Of a DNA stretch of 64,000 nucleotides, positions 45,001-57,000 are shown in pieces; position 1 is the first letter of the stretch, and each line of letters opens with the position of its first letter. Source of the DNA: Torpedo marmorata (Eukaryota); NCBI GenBank assembly GCA_977017645.1, contig OZ360241.1:34410001-34474000 (forward strand). Direction: 5' to 3'. The notes beneath the pieces are model-generated. The model saw nothing but the letters and a program-made list of their open reading frames with translations, did not search any database and was not told the DNA's origin. A program made the translations under genes and the position numbers.

Positions 45001-48000
45001 CTGCCTTTGCCATCCCCCTTCGCCCCTCACTCCTTTGTTCGGACACCTGCCGGCAGTTTCTCATACTTTGATGAAGGGCTCAAGCCCGAAACGTCTGTTA
45101 TGTATTTCTACCATTGCTACACAAAAGACACTGTTTGACCTGCTGAGTTTCTCCAGCATTTGTGTTTTTTACTTCAACCACGGTGTCTACAGATTTTCGT
45201 GTTTTACTAAACAATTAGCTGATTCTGCAACAAAAATTGCACTACAATTCACAGCAGGAATACACCAGTAATCAGTTGGACACTGTGCATCATTCAAAAA
45301 GTAGCTTGTAGATATCATGGTCTTATGATACAAAATTAGATTGATCAATGCGATTAATGCATAAACATTCATTATCTTCAACCTAATCCTAACCGGACAC
45401 CTTCACACTTCCAGAAACAACTGAAGCATCAACAAGTGTAGAGGCGACCGCTGTTTCAACCACGACAACAGCACACACCACAACTGCAGCAGAAACCTCA
45501 ACTGCAGGCAGTACGAGTGCTTCAACATCTGAAACTACATCTGCTCCAACAATGACAACAACTGCAAACTCTGGTGAGTGTACTTGAAATAGGAACAAGT
45601 TAGAAATACAATTCATTTTACATCAAATAAAGCTGAAATAATTCAAATGCGATCTCGCAATGAACGTTGTGCTGATCTTTCAACCAAATTTGCACCAGAG
45701 TTGACAGAACGATTTATCTTCCCTCACCTCTGTTCATAAGGTTACTCAGCATCATTCAAAATGTATTTTCATGAAATAATCGTCTTCTGAGATGAAATTG
45801 CAATAATCAATCAATGCATTTTCTGAAACAATACTCACTATCTTCAAACTTACTGTCACCTGACACTTTCACACTTGCAGATACAACTGAAGCATCAACA
45901 AGTACAGAGGCGACCACTGTTGCAACTACGACAATAGCACTTTCCACAACTTCAGCAGAAACCTCAACTGCAGGCAGTACAAGTGCTTTGACATCTGAAA
46001 TTACACCTGCTCCAACAATGACGACAACTGCAACCACTGGTGAGTATTCTTGAAAGTCGAAAAATATATAAATTCAATTAATTTCATTTCCAATAAATCT
46101 GAAATAATTAAAATGCAATCAACCAACAAACAATTAACGGATTCTGCAACAAAAATAGCACTGCAATTCGCAACAGGAATTGGCCAGTAGTCAGTGTTCA
46201 GTAGGACACAGTGCATCATTCAAAAAGTAGCTTGAAGTTATCATGGCTTTCTGACACGAAATTGGAGAGAGAGATCAATGCGATTTCTGTATAAACACTC
46301 ACTGTCTTCAAACTAACTGTAACTTGACACCTTCACACTTCCAGAAACAACTGAAGCATCAACAAGTGCAGAGGCGACCACTGTTTCAACCACGACAACA
46401 GCACACACCACAACTGCAGTCGAAACCTCAACTGCAGGCAGTATGAGTGCTTCAACACCTGAAACCTCATCTGCTCCAACAACAAAGGCAAGCATTGGTG
46501 AGTATTTTTGAAAGAGGAAAAGATATAAAATCAGTTCATTTCATGTCCAATAAACCTGAAATAATTCAGATAAAGTCATCCAACAAGCAATTTGCTGATT
46601 TTCCGGCCAAATACGCACCAGAATTCACAGAAAGAATAAAGTTCCAGGAAACATTTTTCATGAGTTTATCAGCATCATTCAAAATGTAATTTCATGACAT
46701 AATCGTTTGTGCAAAAGCACTCACTATCTTTTAACTTCCTGCAACATGACACTTTCACGCTTCCAGAAACAACTGAAACGTCAACAAGTTCAGAGGTAAC
46801 GACTGTGGAAACCACAACAACTGCACAGACCACAACTGCAGCAGAAACCTCAACTGTAGGCAGTTCGAGTACTTCAACATCTGAAACTACATCTGCTCCA
46901 ACAATGACGACAACTGCAACCACTGGTGAGTATTCTTGAAAGTGGAAAAATAAATAAATTCAATTCATTTCATATCCAATAAATCTGAAATAACTAAAAT
47001 GCAATCAACCAACAAACAATGATCTGATTCTGCACCAAAAATTGCACTACAATTCACAGCAGGAATACACCAGTAATCAGTTGGACACTGTGCATCATTC
47101 AAAAAGTAGCTTGTAGATATCATGGTCTTATGATACAAAATTAGATTGATCAATGCGATTAATGCATAAACATTCATTATCTTCAACCTAATCCTAACCG
47201 GACACCTTCACACTTCCAGAAACAACTGAAGCATCAACAAGTGTAGAGGCGACCGCTGTTTCAACCACGACAACAGCACACACCACAACTGCAGCAGAAA
47301 CCTCAACTGCAGGCAGTACGAGTGCTTCAACATCTGAAACTACATCTGCTCCAACAATGACAACAACTGCAAACACAGGTGAGTGTACTTGAAATAGGAA
47401 CAAGTTAGAAATACAATTCATTTTACATCAAATAAAGCTGAAATAATTCAGATGCGATCTCGCAATGAACGTTGTGCTAATCTTTCAACCAAATTCGCAC
47501 CAGAGTTGACAGAACGATTTATCTTCCCTCACCTCTGTTCATAAGGTTACTCAGCATCATTCAAAATGTATTTTCATGAAATAATCGTCTTCTAAGATGA
47601 AATTGCAATAATCAATCAATGCATTTTCTGAAACAATACTCACTATCTTCAAACTTACTGTCACCTGACACTTTCACACTTGCAGATACAACTGAAGCAT
47701 CAACAAGTACAGAGGCGACCACTGTTGCAACTACGACAATAGCACTTTCCACAACTGCAGCAGAAACCTCAACTGCAGGCAGTACAAGTGCTTTGACATC
47801 TGAAATTACATCTGCTCCAACAATGACGACAACTGCAACCACTGGTGAGTATTCTTGAAAGTGGAAAAATAAATATATTCAATTCATTTCATATCCAATA
47901 AATCGGAAATAATTAAAATGCAATCAACCAACAAACAATTAGCAGATTCTGCAAGAAAAATAGCACTGCAATTCGCAGCAGGAATTGGCCAGTATTCAGT

Positions 48001-51000
48001 GTTCAGTAGGACACAGTGTATCATTCAAAAAGTAGCTTGACGTTATCATGGCTTTCTTAAATTGGAGAGAGAGATCAATGCGATTTCTGTATAAACACTC
48101 ACTATCTTCAAACTAACTGTAACTTGACACCTTCACACTTCCAGAAACAATTGAAGCATCAACAAGTACAAAGACGACCACTGTTTCAACCACGACAACA
48201 GCACACATCACAACTGCAGCTGAAACCTCAACTGCAGGCAGTATGAGTACTTCAACACCTGAAACTACATCTGCTCCAACAACAAAGGCAAGCACTGGTG
48301 AGTATTTTTGAAAGAGGAAAAGATATAAATTCAGTTCATTTCATGTCCAATAAATCTGAAATAATCCAACAAGCAATTTGCTGATTTTCCCGCCAAACAC
48401 GCACCAGAATTAACAGAAAGAATAAAGTTCCAGGAAACATTGTTCAGACGTTTTCTCAGCATCATTCAAAATGTATTTTAATGACATAATCCTTTGTGCA
48501 AAAGCACTCACTATCTTTAAACTTCCTGCAACATGACACTTTCACGCTTCCAGAAACAACTGAAACATCAATAAGTACAGAGGCGATGACTGTGGAAACC
48601 ACGACAACTGCAGAGACCACAACTGCAGCAGAAACCTCAACTGTCGGCATTTCGAGTGCTTCAACATCTGAAACTACATCTGCTCCAACAATGACAACAA
48701 CTGCAAACACTGGTGAGCGTACTTGAAAGAGGAACAAGTTAGAAATACAATTCATTTTATGTCAAATAAAGCTGAAATAATTCAGATGCGATCTCGCAAT
48801 GAACGTTGTGCTGATCTTTCAACCAAATTCGCACCAGAGTTGACAGAACGATTTATCTTCCCTCACCTCTGTTCATAAGGTTACTCAGCATCATTCAAAA
48901 TGTATTTTCATGAAATAATCGTCTTCTAAGATGAAATTGCAATAATCAATCAATGCATTTTCTTTTTTTAAAAAATATTTTATTTAAATTTTTAAATCAC
49001 AAGATACATAAGATAAAATATAAAATTATCAAAATACATGTGATACATTTTCACCCCCCCTCCCTCCCTCCCCTCTCCAACCCCCCCCCATCCCCACTAA
49101 TCTAAAAAAAATAAAAAGTAATAATAGAAAAAAAAGAAAGAAAAAGATAGAGTAAGGGGAATGCCATCTATAAACTAATTCTATTATGGAGGTCAAATAT
49201 GCCAGTAGATCCGATATCCAGAGATCATCAAATCCTTAAACCCACAGCTTTCATATATGGGCTCCAAATTTTTAAGAAAAAATGGTATTTATTACGTAAA
49301 TTATAAGTAATTTTTTCAAGTGGTCTACACGAACGAAGTTCTGTATGCCATCTTTCTAATCCTAAGTCTAAATCAGAATTCCAAGTAATAGCAATGCATT
49401 TTTTTGAAACAGTTAAAGCAATTCACAAAAATTCTACTTGATACATATTTAATTTCTTCTTTTTTTTAAAAAATATTTTATTTAAATTTTTAAATCACAC
49501 AATACATAAATCAAAATATGTAATTTCCAAAATACAGGTGATATATATTTCCTCCCCCCACACCCTCCCTCCCTTCCCTAACCCCCCCAACCCCACTATT
49601 CTAAAAAAAAAGGATAATAAAAAAAAATACATAGAAAAAAAAAGAAAAAGAAAAATAGATTAATAGTGTGGAGAGAACCATCTAAAAACTAATTTTATCC
49701 TGGAGGTTAAACTCGCCAATAGACCTGATTTCTAGAGATTTCAAATCCTTAAACCCATAACTCTCATATATGGGCTCCAAATTTTTAAAAAAGAATGATA
49801 TTTATTGCGTAAATTGTAAGTAATCTTTTCCAAAGGAATACACGAACGAAGTTCTGCATGCCACCTATCTAAACTTAAATCTAAATCTGATTTCCAAGTA
49901 CTAGCAATACATTTTTTTGAGACAGCTAAAGCAATTCGCAAAAATTCTACCTGATACATATTCAATCTATTCCTAATATTAAATTTTCTAATATCTCCAA
50001 ATAAAAATAACATAGGGTCCAATGGAAACATAACATTAAAAACTCTATCTAAAAAATTCTTAACTTTCAACCAAAAATCTTGAATCTTTGGACATAACCA
50101 TGTAGAATGAACAAAAGAACCTACTTCCTTCTTACATCTAAAACACAAGTCCGACAATGTCGGATTAAATTTCTTTAATTTTTTTGGTGTTAAATATAGT
50201 TGATGAAAAAAATTATATTGTACTAATCTATATCTAACATTAATAACTTTAGTCATACTTAATTTACATAAATCTTTCCAATGATTTTCAGCTATATTAA
50301 CATTTAAATCTAATTCCCATTTTAATCTTGATTTATGTAATCCTACTTTAGGCATTTTTCTCTGAAATAATTTATACATTTGAGAAATAAACTTATTAAC
50401 ATTTGCTTTAGTTATTAATAATTCTAACTCATTATGTCTTGGAGCAATCAAATCTTCTCCTAATTTCTCAGTCAAAAAAGCTTTAACTTGATAATAAGCT
50501 AACCATGTATTATCTAATACATTAAATTTTTCCTTCAATCTTTGAAACGTAACAAATCTTCCAGCCTCAAAACAATCTTTAAAATTCTTAATTTCTTTTT
50601 GAAACCATGCTTTCAATAACTGATTATTCATAGTAAATAATAAAAGTGGAGTTTGATATAATGGCATATTTAAAGAAATTAATCCTTTCCCCCCTATTTC
50701 TTTATCTACCTGTGTCCAAATTTCCAACAAATGTTTAATAATAGGTGAATTTTTCTTTTTTACTAATAATAATTTAGAATTCCACTTATAGATAATATCC
50801 TCTTTATAATTTTCTCCTATATTATTTAATTCTATATTAACCCAAGCAGAATTCAGTGTTCAGTAGGACACAGTGCATCATTCAAAAAGTAGCTTGAAGT
50901 AATCATGGCTTTCAGACACGAATTTGGAGAGAGAGATCAATGCAATTTCTGTATAAACACTCACTATCTTCAAACTAACTGTAACTTGACACCTTCACAC

Positions 51001-54000
51001 TTCCAGAAACAACTGAAGCATCAACAAGTGCAGAGGCGACCACTGTTTCAACCACGACAACAGCACACACCACAACTGCAGCAGAAACCTCAACTGCAGG
51101 CAGTATGAGTGCTTCAACACCTGAAACCTCATCTGCTCCAACAACAACGGCAAGCACTGGTGAGTATTTTTGAAAGAGGAAAAGATATAAAATCAGTTCA
51201 TTTCATGTCCAATAAACCTGAAATAATTCAGATAAGGTCATCCAACAATCAATATGCTGATTTTCCCGCCAAATACGCACCAGAATTGAAAGGAAGAATA
51301 AAGTTCCAGGAAACATTGTTCAGAAGTTTACTCAGCATCATTCAAAATGTATTTTCATGACATAATCGTTTGTGCAAAAGCACTCACTATCTTTTAACTT
51401 CCTGCAACATGACACTTTCACGCTTCCAGAAACAACTGAAACGTCAACAAGTTCAGAGGTGACGACTGTGGAAACCACGACAACTGCAGAGACCACAACT
51501 GCAGCAGAAACCTCAACTGCAGGCAGTTCGAGTGCTTCAACATCTGAAACTACATCTGCTCCAACATTGACAACAACTGCAACCACTGGTGAGTATTCTT
51601 GAAAGAGGAAAAATAAATAAATTCAATTAATTTCATATCCAATAAATCTGAAATAACTAAAATGCAATCAACCAACACACAATGATCTGATTCTGCAACA
51701 AAAATTGCACTACAATTCACAGCGGGAATACACCAGTAATCAGTTGGACACTGTGCATCATTCAAAAAGTAGCTTGTAGATATCATGGTCTTATGATACA
51801 AAATTAGATTGATCAATGCGATTAATGCATAAACATTCATTATCTTCAACCTAATCCTAACTGGACACCTTCACACTTCCAGAAACAACTGAAGCATCAA
51901 CAAGTGTAGAGGCGACCGCTGTTTCAACCACGACAACAGAACACACCACAACTGCAGCAGAAACCTCAACTGCAGGCAGTACGAGTGCTTCAACATCTGA
52001 AACTACATCTGCTCCAACAATGACAACAACTGCAAACTCTGGTGAGTGTACTTGAAATAGGAACAAGTTAGAAATACAATTCATTTTACGTCAAATAAAG
52101 CTGAAATAATTCAGATGCGATCTCGCAATGAACGTTGTGCTGATCTTTCAACCAAATTTGCACCAGAGTTGACAGAACGATTTATCTTCCCTCACCTCTG
52201 TTCATAAGGTTACTCAGCATCATTCAAAATGTATTTTCATGAAATAATCGTCTTGTAAGATGAAATTGCTATAATCAATCAATGCATTTTCTGAAACAAT
52301 ACTCACTATCTTCAAACTTACTGTCACCTGACACTTTCACACTTGCAGATACAACTGAAGCATCAACAAGTACAGAGGCGACCACTGTTGCAACTACGAC
52401 AATAGCACTTTCCACAACTGCACCAGAAACCTCAACTGCAGGCAGTACAATTGCTTTGACATCTGAAATTATATCTGCTCCAACAATGACGACAACTGCA
52501 ACCACTGGTGAGTATTCTTGAAAGTGGAAAAATAAATAAATTCATTTCATTTCCAATTAATCTGAAATAATTAAAATGCAATCAACCAACAAACAATTAG
52601 CGGATTCTGCAACAAAAATTGCACTGCAATTCGCAGCAGGAATTGGCCAGTATTCAGTGTTCAGTAGGACACAGTGCATCATTCAAAAAGTAGCTTGACG
52701 TTATCATGGCTTTCTGACACAAAATTGGAGAGAGAGATCAATGCGATTTCTGTATAAAGACTCACTATCTTCAAACTAACTGTAACTTGACACCTTCACA
52801 CTTCCAGAAACAACTGAAGCATCAACAAGTGCAGAGGCGACCACTGTTTCAACCACGACAACAGCACACACCACAACTGCAGCAGAAACCTCAACTGTAG
52901 GCAGTACGAGTGCTTCAACACCTGAAACTACATCTGCTCCAACAACGACACCAACTGCAAGCACTGGTGAGTATTGTTGAAAGAGGAAAAGATATAAATT
53001 CAGTTCATTTCATGTCCAATAAATATGAAATAATTCAGATATAATCATCCAACAAGCAATTTGCTGATTTTCCCGCCAAATACGCACCAGAATTCACAGA
53101 AAGAATAAAGTTCCAGGAAGCATTGTTCATAAGTTTACTCATCTTCGTTCAAAATGTATTTTCATGACGTAATCGTTTGTGCAATAGCACTCACTATCTT
53201 TAAACTTCCTCACTCTGGTTGGGTGACTACATGGATTAAGCCGTGTTAGTCATCGGCTCTGCCAACATTTAACACTTTCCACCTCCGGAGTTAACTTTTT
53301 TTGTGATATTCTCTAACCTAACTTTGGTGGGAGTGTTTTTCAACAACATTATTGATAAATAATCAGAAAAATGTCTCGGAATGCGGCAAAGAAGACAAAA
53401 GTGGCTACTGAAACAACAACTGCCTCTGAATCCGAAGAGGAGATTACCTGTTCTCTGGTTATGGTTACTAATCTGATTAGATCATAGAATAATGAGTTAT
53501 ACGAGAAATTAATGACAGCCGTGCTCAAGTTGGAGGCAAAGTTGGATCGATCAATAGAGGCTATAACACTGATGCAAAAAACGTGTACAAGAAGTTGAAC
53601 AACTAGTACATCTTACGACAGACTCGCTGGAAAAAAAGATGAATAATCTCGACTTAAAATACAACAATCTGTCGTCTCATTTGGTCAACCTGGAGGGCCG
53701 TAGCAGGCGGCAGAATATTCGAATTTTGGGAGTTAAAGAAGGCATCCAGAAGGGGCTCTCTCCTGTAACAGTCTTTGCTCAGCTACATTCCGATTTAGTT
53801 GGGAAAGATGCAATAACTGGAGAGCTCCTCGTGGATCGGGCATATCGGATTCCTTCTTTCAGAGGGACATCGGAGGCACGTTCAAAAGTGGTGATCGTTT
53901 GCTGTCATTATTATCATCAAAATGAACAAATCATTCAAGTGGCTCGTCGAAAGAATGAATTGAATTATCAAGGCCAATCTATTAGATTGGTAGAAGATTT

Positions 54001-57000
54001 ATGTCCAGAAGTATTGGCGATGAGAAGAAAGTTCCATAGTGTTATGCAGATTTTCTATAATGAAGGTCTGAGGCCAATTATGCAGTATCCAGCGCATCTT
54101 CGAATTGTTTTGAAAGATGGACAGAAGAGATTCTTTAACTCTGAGGAACAAGCAAGAAATGCACTTTCTGAGATTTTGCCTGGTTCCTCTGACCAGTTGG
54201 TACTTGGGTTAACGTTTTAGCTTCTAAGGGAGTGATACCATTCTGTAACAGGGGGATGTTTAAGGGATTTCTTTCTGTTTAAATCACGATCGTACTCTTG
54301 GGATGTACCACTGTGGGGATAAGGGTAACTAATAGAATTTTGATTTTTACAATTATAATTTTAAGAGAGAAGGGATATTAATTTTCATTTTCTTTTAGTG
54401 TTGATTTCCCGGTGTTTATTTTTTTTTAAAGTTTTGTTTTGGTCTATTTTAGATTTTAGACACAACAATGTAAAATGGTGCTTAGATATTGATATAGATC
54501 TCTTTGTTCTCAAGGGAATATAAAATGGTGGTTGGGGAGGTATTTTAATTATTATGACTGCTAAAATTTTTATGAGGGAATAATGGTGGTGTTATGTTTT
54601 TTTTTAAAAATGGAGCAGACTATAAAGAAAGGGAGGGAAGATGGCATCGCAGGTTTTTGCCTGGGAGACTATTTTCCCTCCCCCATCTCTGTTACCCTTT
54701 TTTTTCTGTGTTCTGTTCTCTGGACTGATATTTGGAAAGAGTTTTGTGTGAATCTGGATTGGTTTGTAGTTTTTTAAAAATATATAAAGTGACTATTGCT
54801 ATTTTGGTGTGTGTGAGGGCTTTTAGCATTTATTTTTAAACAGGGTTTTTTTTCCCGATGTGCGCTTGCACGGGGTTTTTTTTTAATTTTTTTGAACTTC
54901 TCTGATCGAGGGTTTTTTGGGCCTTCTCTGCGCATGCGCGGGCTGGAGGTTTTTTTTTCCGTCCTGTGCATGTTCACTGACGGCCTATATCTTCGTCGGA
55001 GGGGTTAATGCGGGGTTTTTTTGGGTTTTTTTATTCGCGCATGCGCGATGCATTTTTACGTGTTGTTGCATCCCTTCTCTCAAGAAGGGGGTTTTTTTAA
55101 TTATAAATTTGTCTGGTTGTTCTGCGCATGCACGGGCTGGGGGGTTTTTTCAGCCTGTGCATGCTCGATGATGATTTCTTTAAATCGGGGAGAAGGTTAG
55201 CGCATGCGCAATGGGTTTGGGCCTGCCAAATTTCCATCTGGTAAGATTTTATTTTCCATTTTTTTTCTGTACGTTTGTGTGGATTGGGGGTTGGGGGTTT
55301 TTTTTGAACAAATTTTGAACTAAATATTGTGTAGTTTAAATTATATATTAATCTGCATATATTAATTGCTGTTATTGATCTGTGATAATAATAGAGAATT
55401 GGGGAATTTTAAGTTTGGTTTACTCCTGTCTTTTGTAGATGGGTGTTATTATCAAGTGCTTTTTCTTGGGGAGGGGTTCCCCTTAATTTTATTTTATTGT
55501 ATATGCATATATATATAATGTTTTATAAATCCTTTACTATATATGTATTGGAGTTATATGTGTGGGGATATCATAGTAAGTTAGTTGACATTAACAAATA
55601 CTATAATGAATTAATGATTGGTTACTTGATTGTAGGGAATGATTATCACTTTAAGTTCATATATAAATTTAAGAAAGGAATTATTATTCCTATACATGTA
55701 TTGGATTGATTGGTTGTTATGGGGTTCTTTTTACAAGTTTTGGAATGGAGTTGGGACACCCCCCCTTTTTTTTTTCCTTTTCACTTTATTCCCTCCCCCT
55801 TTTTTTTTCTTCTCTCCGGGGAGGGAAAGTGTTAAATAACCCTTGATTTTTACAATTAACTAGGGTTTCTTTTAACTATTTCAAGTTTGTTGGCTTGAGC
55901 TTATCCATCACAACCAAGTATTTTGGGGTTTCTATTAGTTAGTGAGCGGATCTCCCTCATGTTGGGAGATCTTCAGTTTGGAGTGGGCCGGGAGTGGGGT
56001 GTATTAGTATAGTGGGTAGGACAAGGTTACCAAAATGTTTTGATTTATGTCTTTATGGATCCGAAATGGTGGTTTCCGGGGTTGGCGGAGCTCTCGGGTT
56101 AGTAACTGTGGAATAATTATTTAGTTGGAATGGTTCCAATCAACATAGTTTCATGGAATATTAAAGGTTTGAATGACCCTATTAAATGGCATAGAATAAT
56201 GGCACATTTAAGACAATTAAAAGCAGATGTGGCCTTTTTTCAAGAAACCCATAATAAAAATTCCGATAAAGATAGATTAATGTTTAGATGGAACGGTCAA
56301 TTGTTCCATTCCTGTTCTGAAGCAAAAATTAGAGGAGTTTCGATATTAATTAATCAAAATATTCCATTTGTATTACATAATAGTACATTGGACAAACAAG
56401 GTCGTTGTATTATTTTAATAGGTAAATTATATAATAAACTGGTGGTATTAGCGAACGTTTATGCTCCAAATATCGATGATCCAGCATTTTTTGAAAAGTT
56501 TTTCTCCTTTTTACCTGATTTAATCAGTATTCATTGATTTTTGGAGGTGATTTTAATTGCTGTTTGAATACGGTTTTAGACCGTTCTTCGTTAAAATTAA
56601 CAACTCTTTCTAAATCTGCAGTATTATTACATTCCTTTATGTCGAATTATGGTATTACAGGTGTTTGGCATTTTTTAAATCCCACTAGTAGAGAATATAC
56701 TTTTTTGTCCAATGTGCATCGTTCTTATACGAGGATAGATTACTTTTTAATTGATAATCAATTAATCTCTATGACTAACTCATGCGAATATCAAGGAATA
56801 GTGATTTCTGATCATGCTCCAGTTATTTTATCTTTGAACTTCTATGATATCCCATTTATAAAAAAAACATTGGAGATTTAATACGACTCTCCTTGAAAAT
56901 CAAGTTTTTTAAAACTTTATGGAGAAGCAAATACAGTTCTTTTTTGCTGCTAACTCTTCTCCAATGATGTCTAATTTGATAGTTTGGGACACTATGAAAG

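Larger units (their letters stand above)
44251..45208 (+). mobile_element. 5'-truncated Penelope-like retroelement (Neptune-like) inside an intron
   Basis: C-rich insert flanked by a 13-bp direct repeat of host intron, AAACAATTAGCTG (44238-44250 and 45209-45221). It encodes a Cys-rich linker and a GIY-YIG nuclease, followed by a pLTR-like tail with a hammerhead motif. Confidence 0.9.
42687..53210 (+). repeat. Older, more diverged 4-exon HOR (A-B-C-D, ~1805 bp)
   Basis: Exon order A-B-C-D repeats, with steps 45389 to 47194 and 45807 to 47612 of 1805 bp. The same order is seen at 1-1529. Confidence 0.8.

Noticed and set aside
44288-45381. Overlapping ORFs in the Penelope insert
   Set aside because: Alternative frames, or translations of the C/T-rich tail, with no recognisable motifs.
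53401-53432. L1 ORF1 N-terminal ATETTTASE resembling the host exon (possible capture)
   Set aside because: A short low-complexity match with no extended nucleotide identity.
54583-55839. Phe/Lys-rich ORFs in the L1 spacer
   Set aside because: They arise from poly-T tracts and show no domain features.
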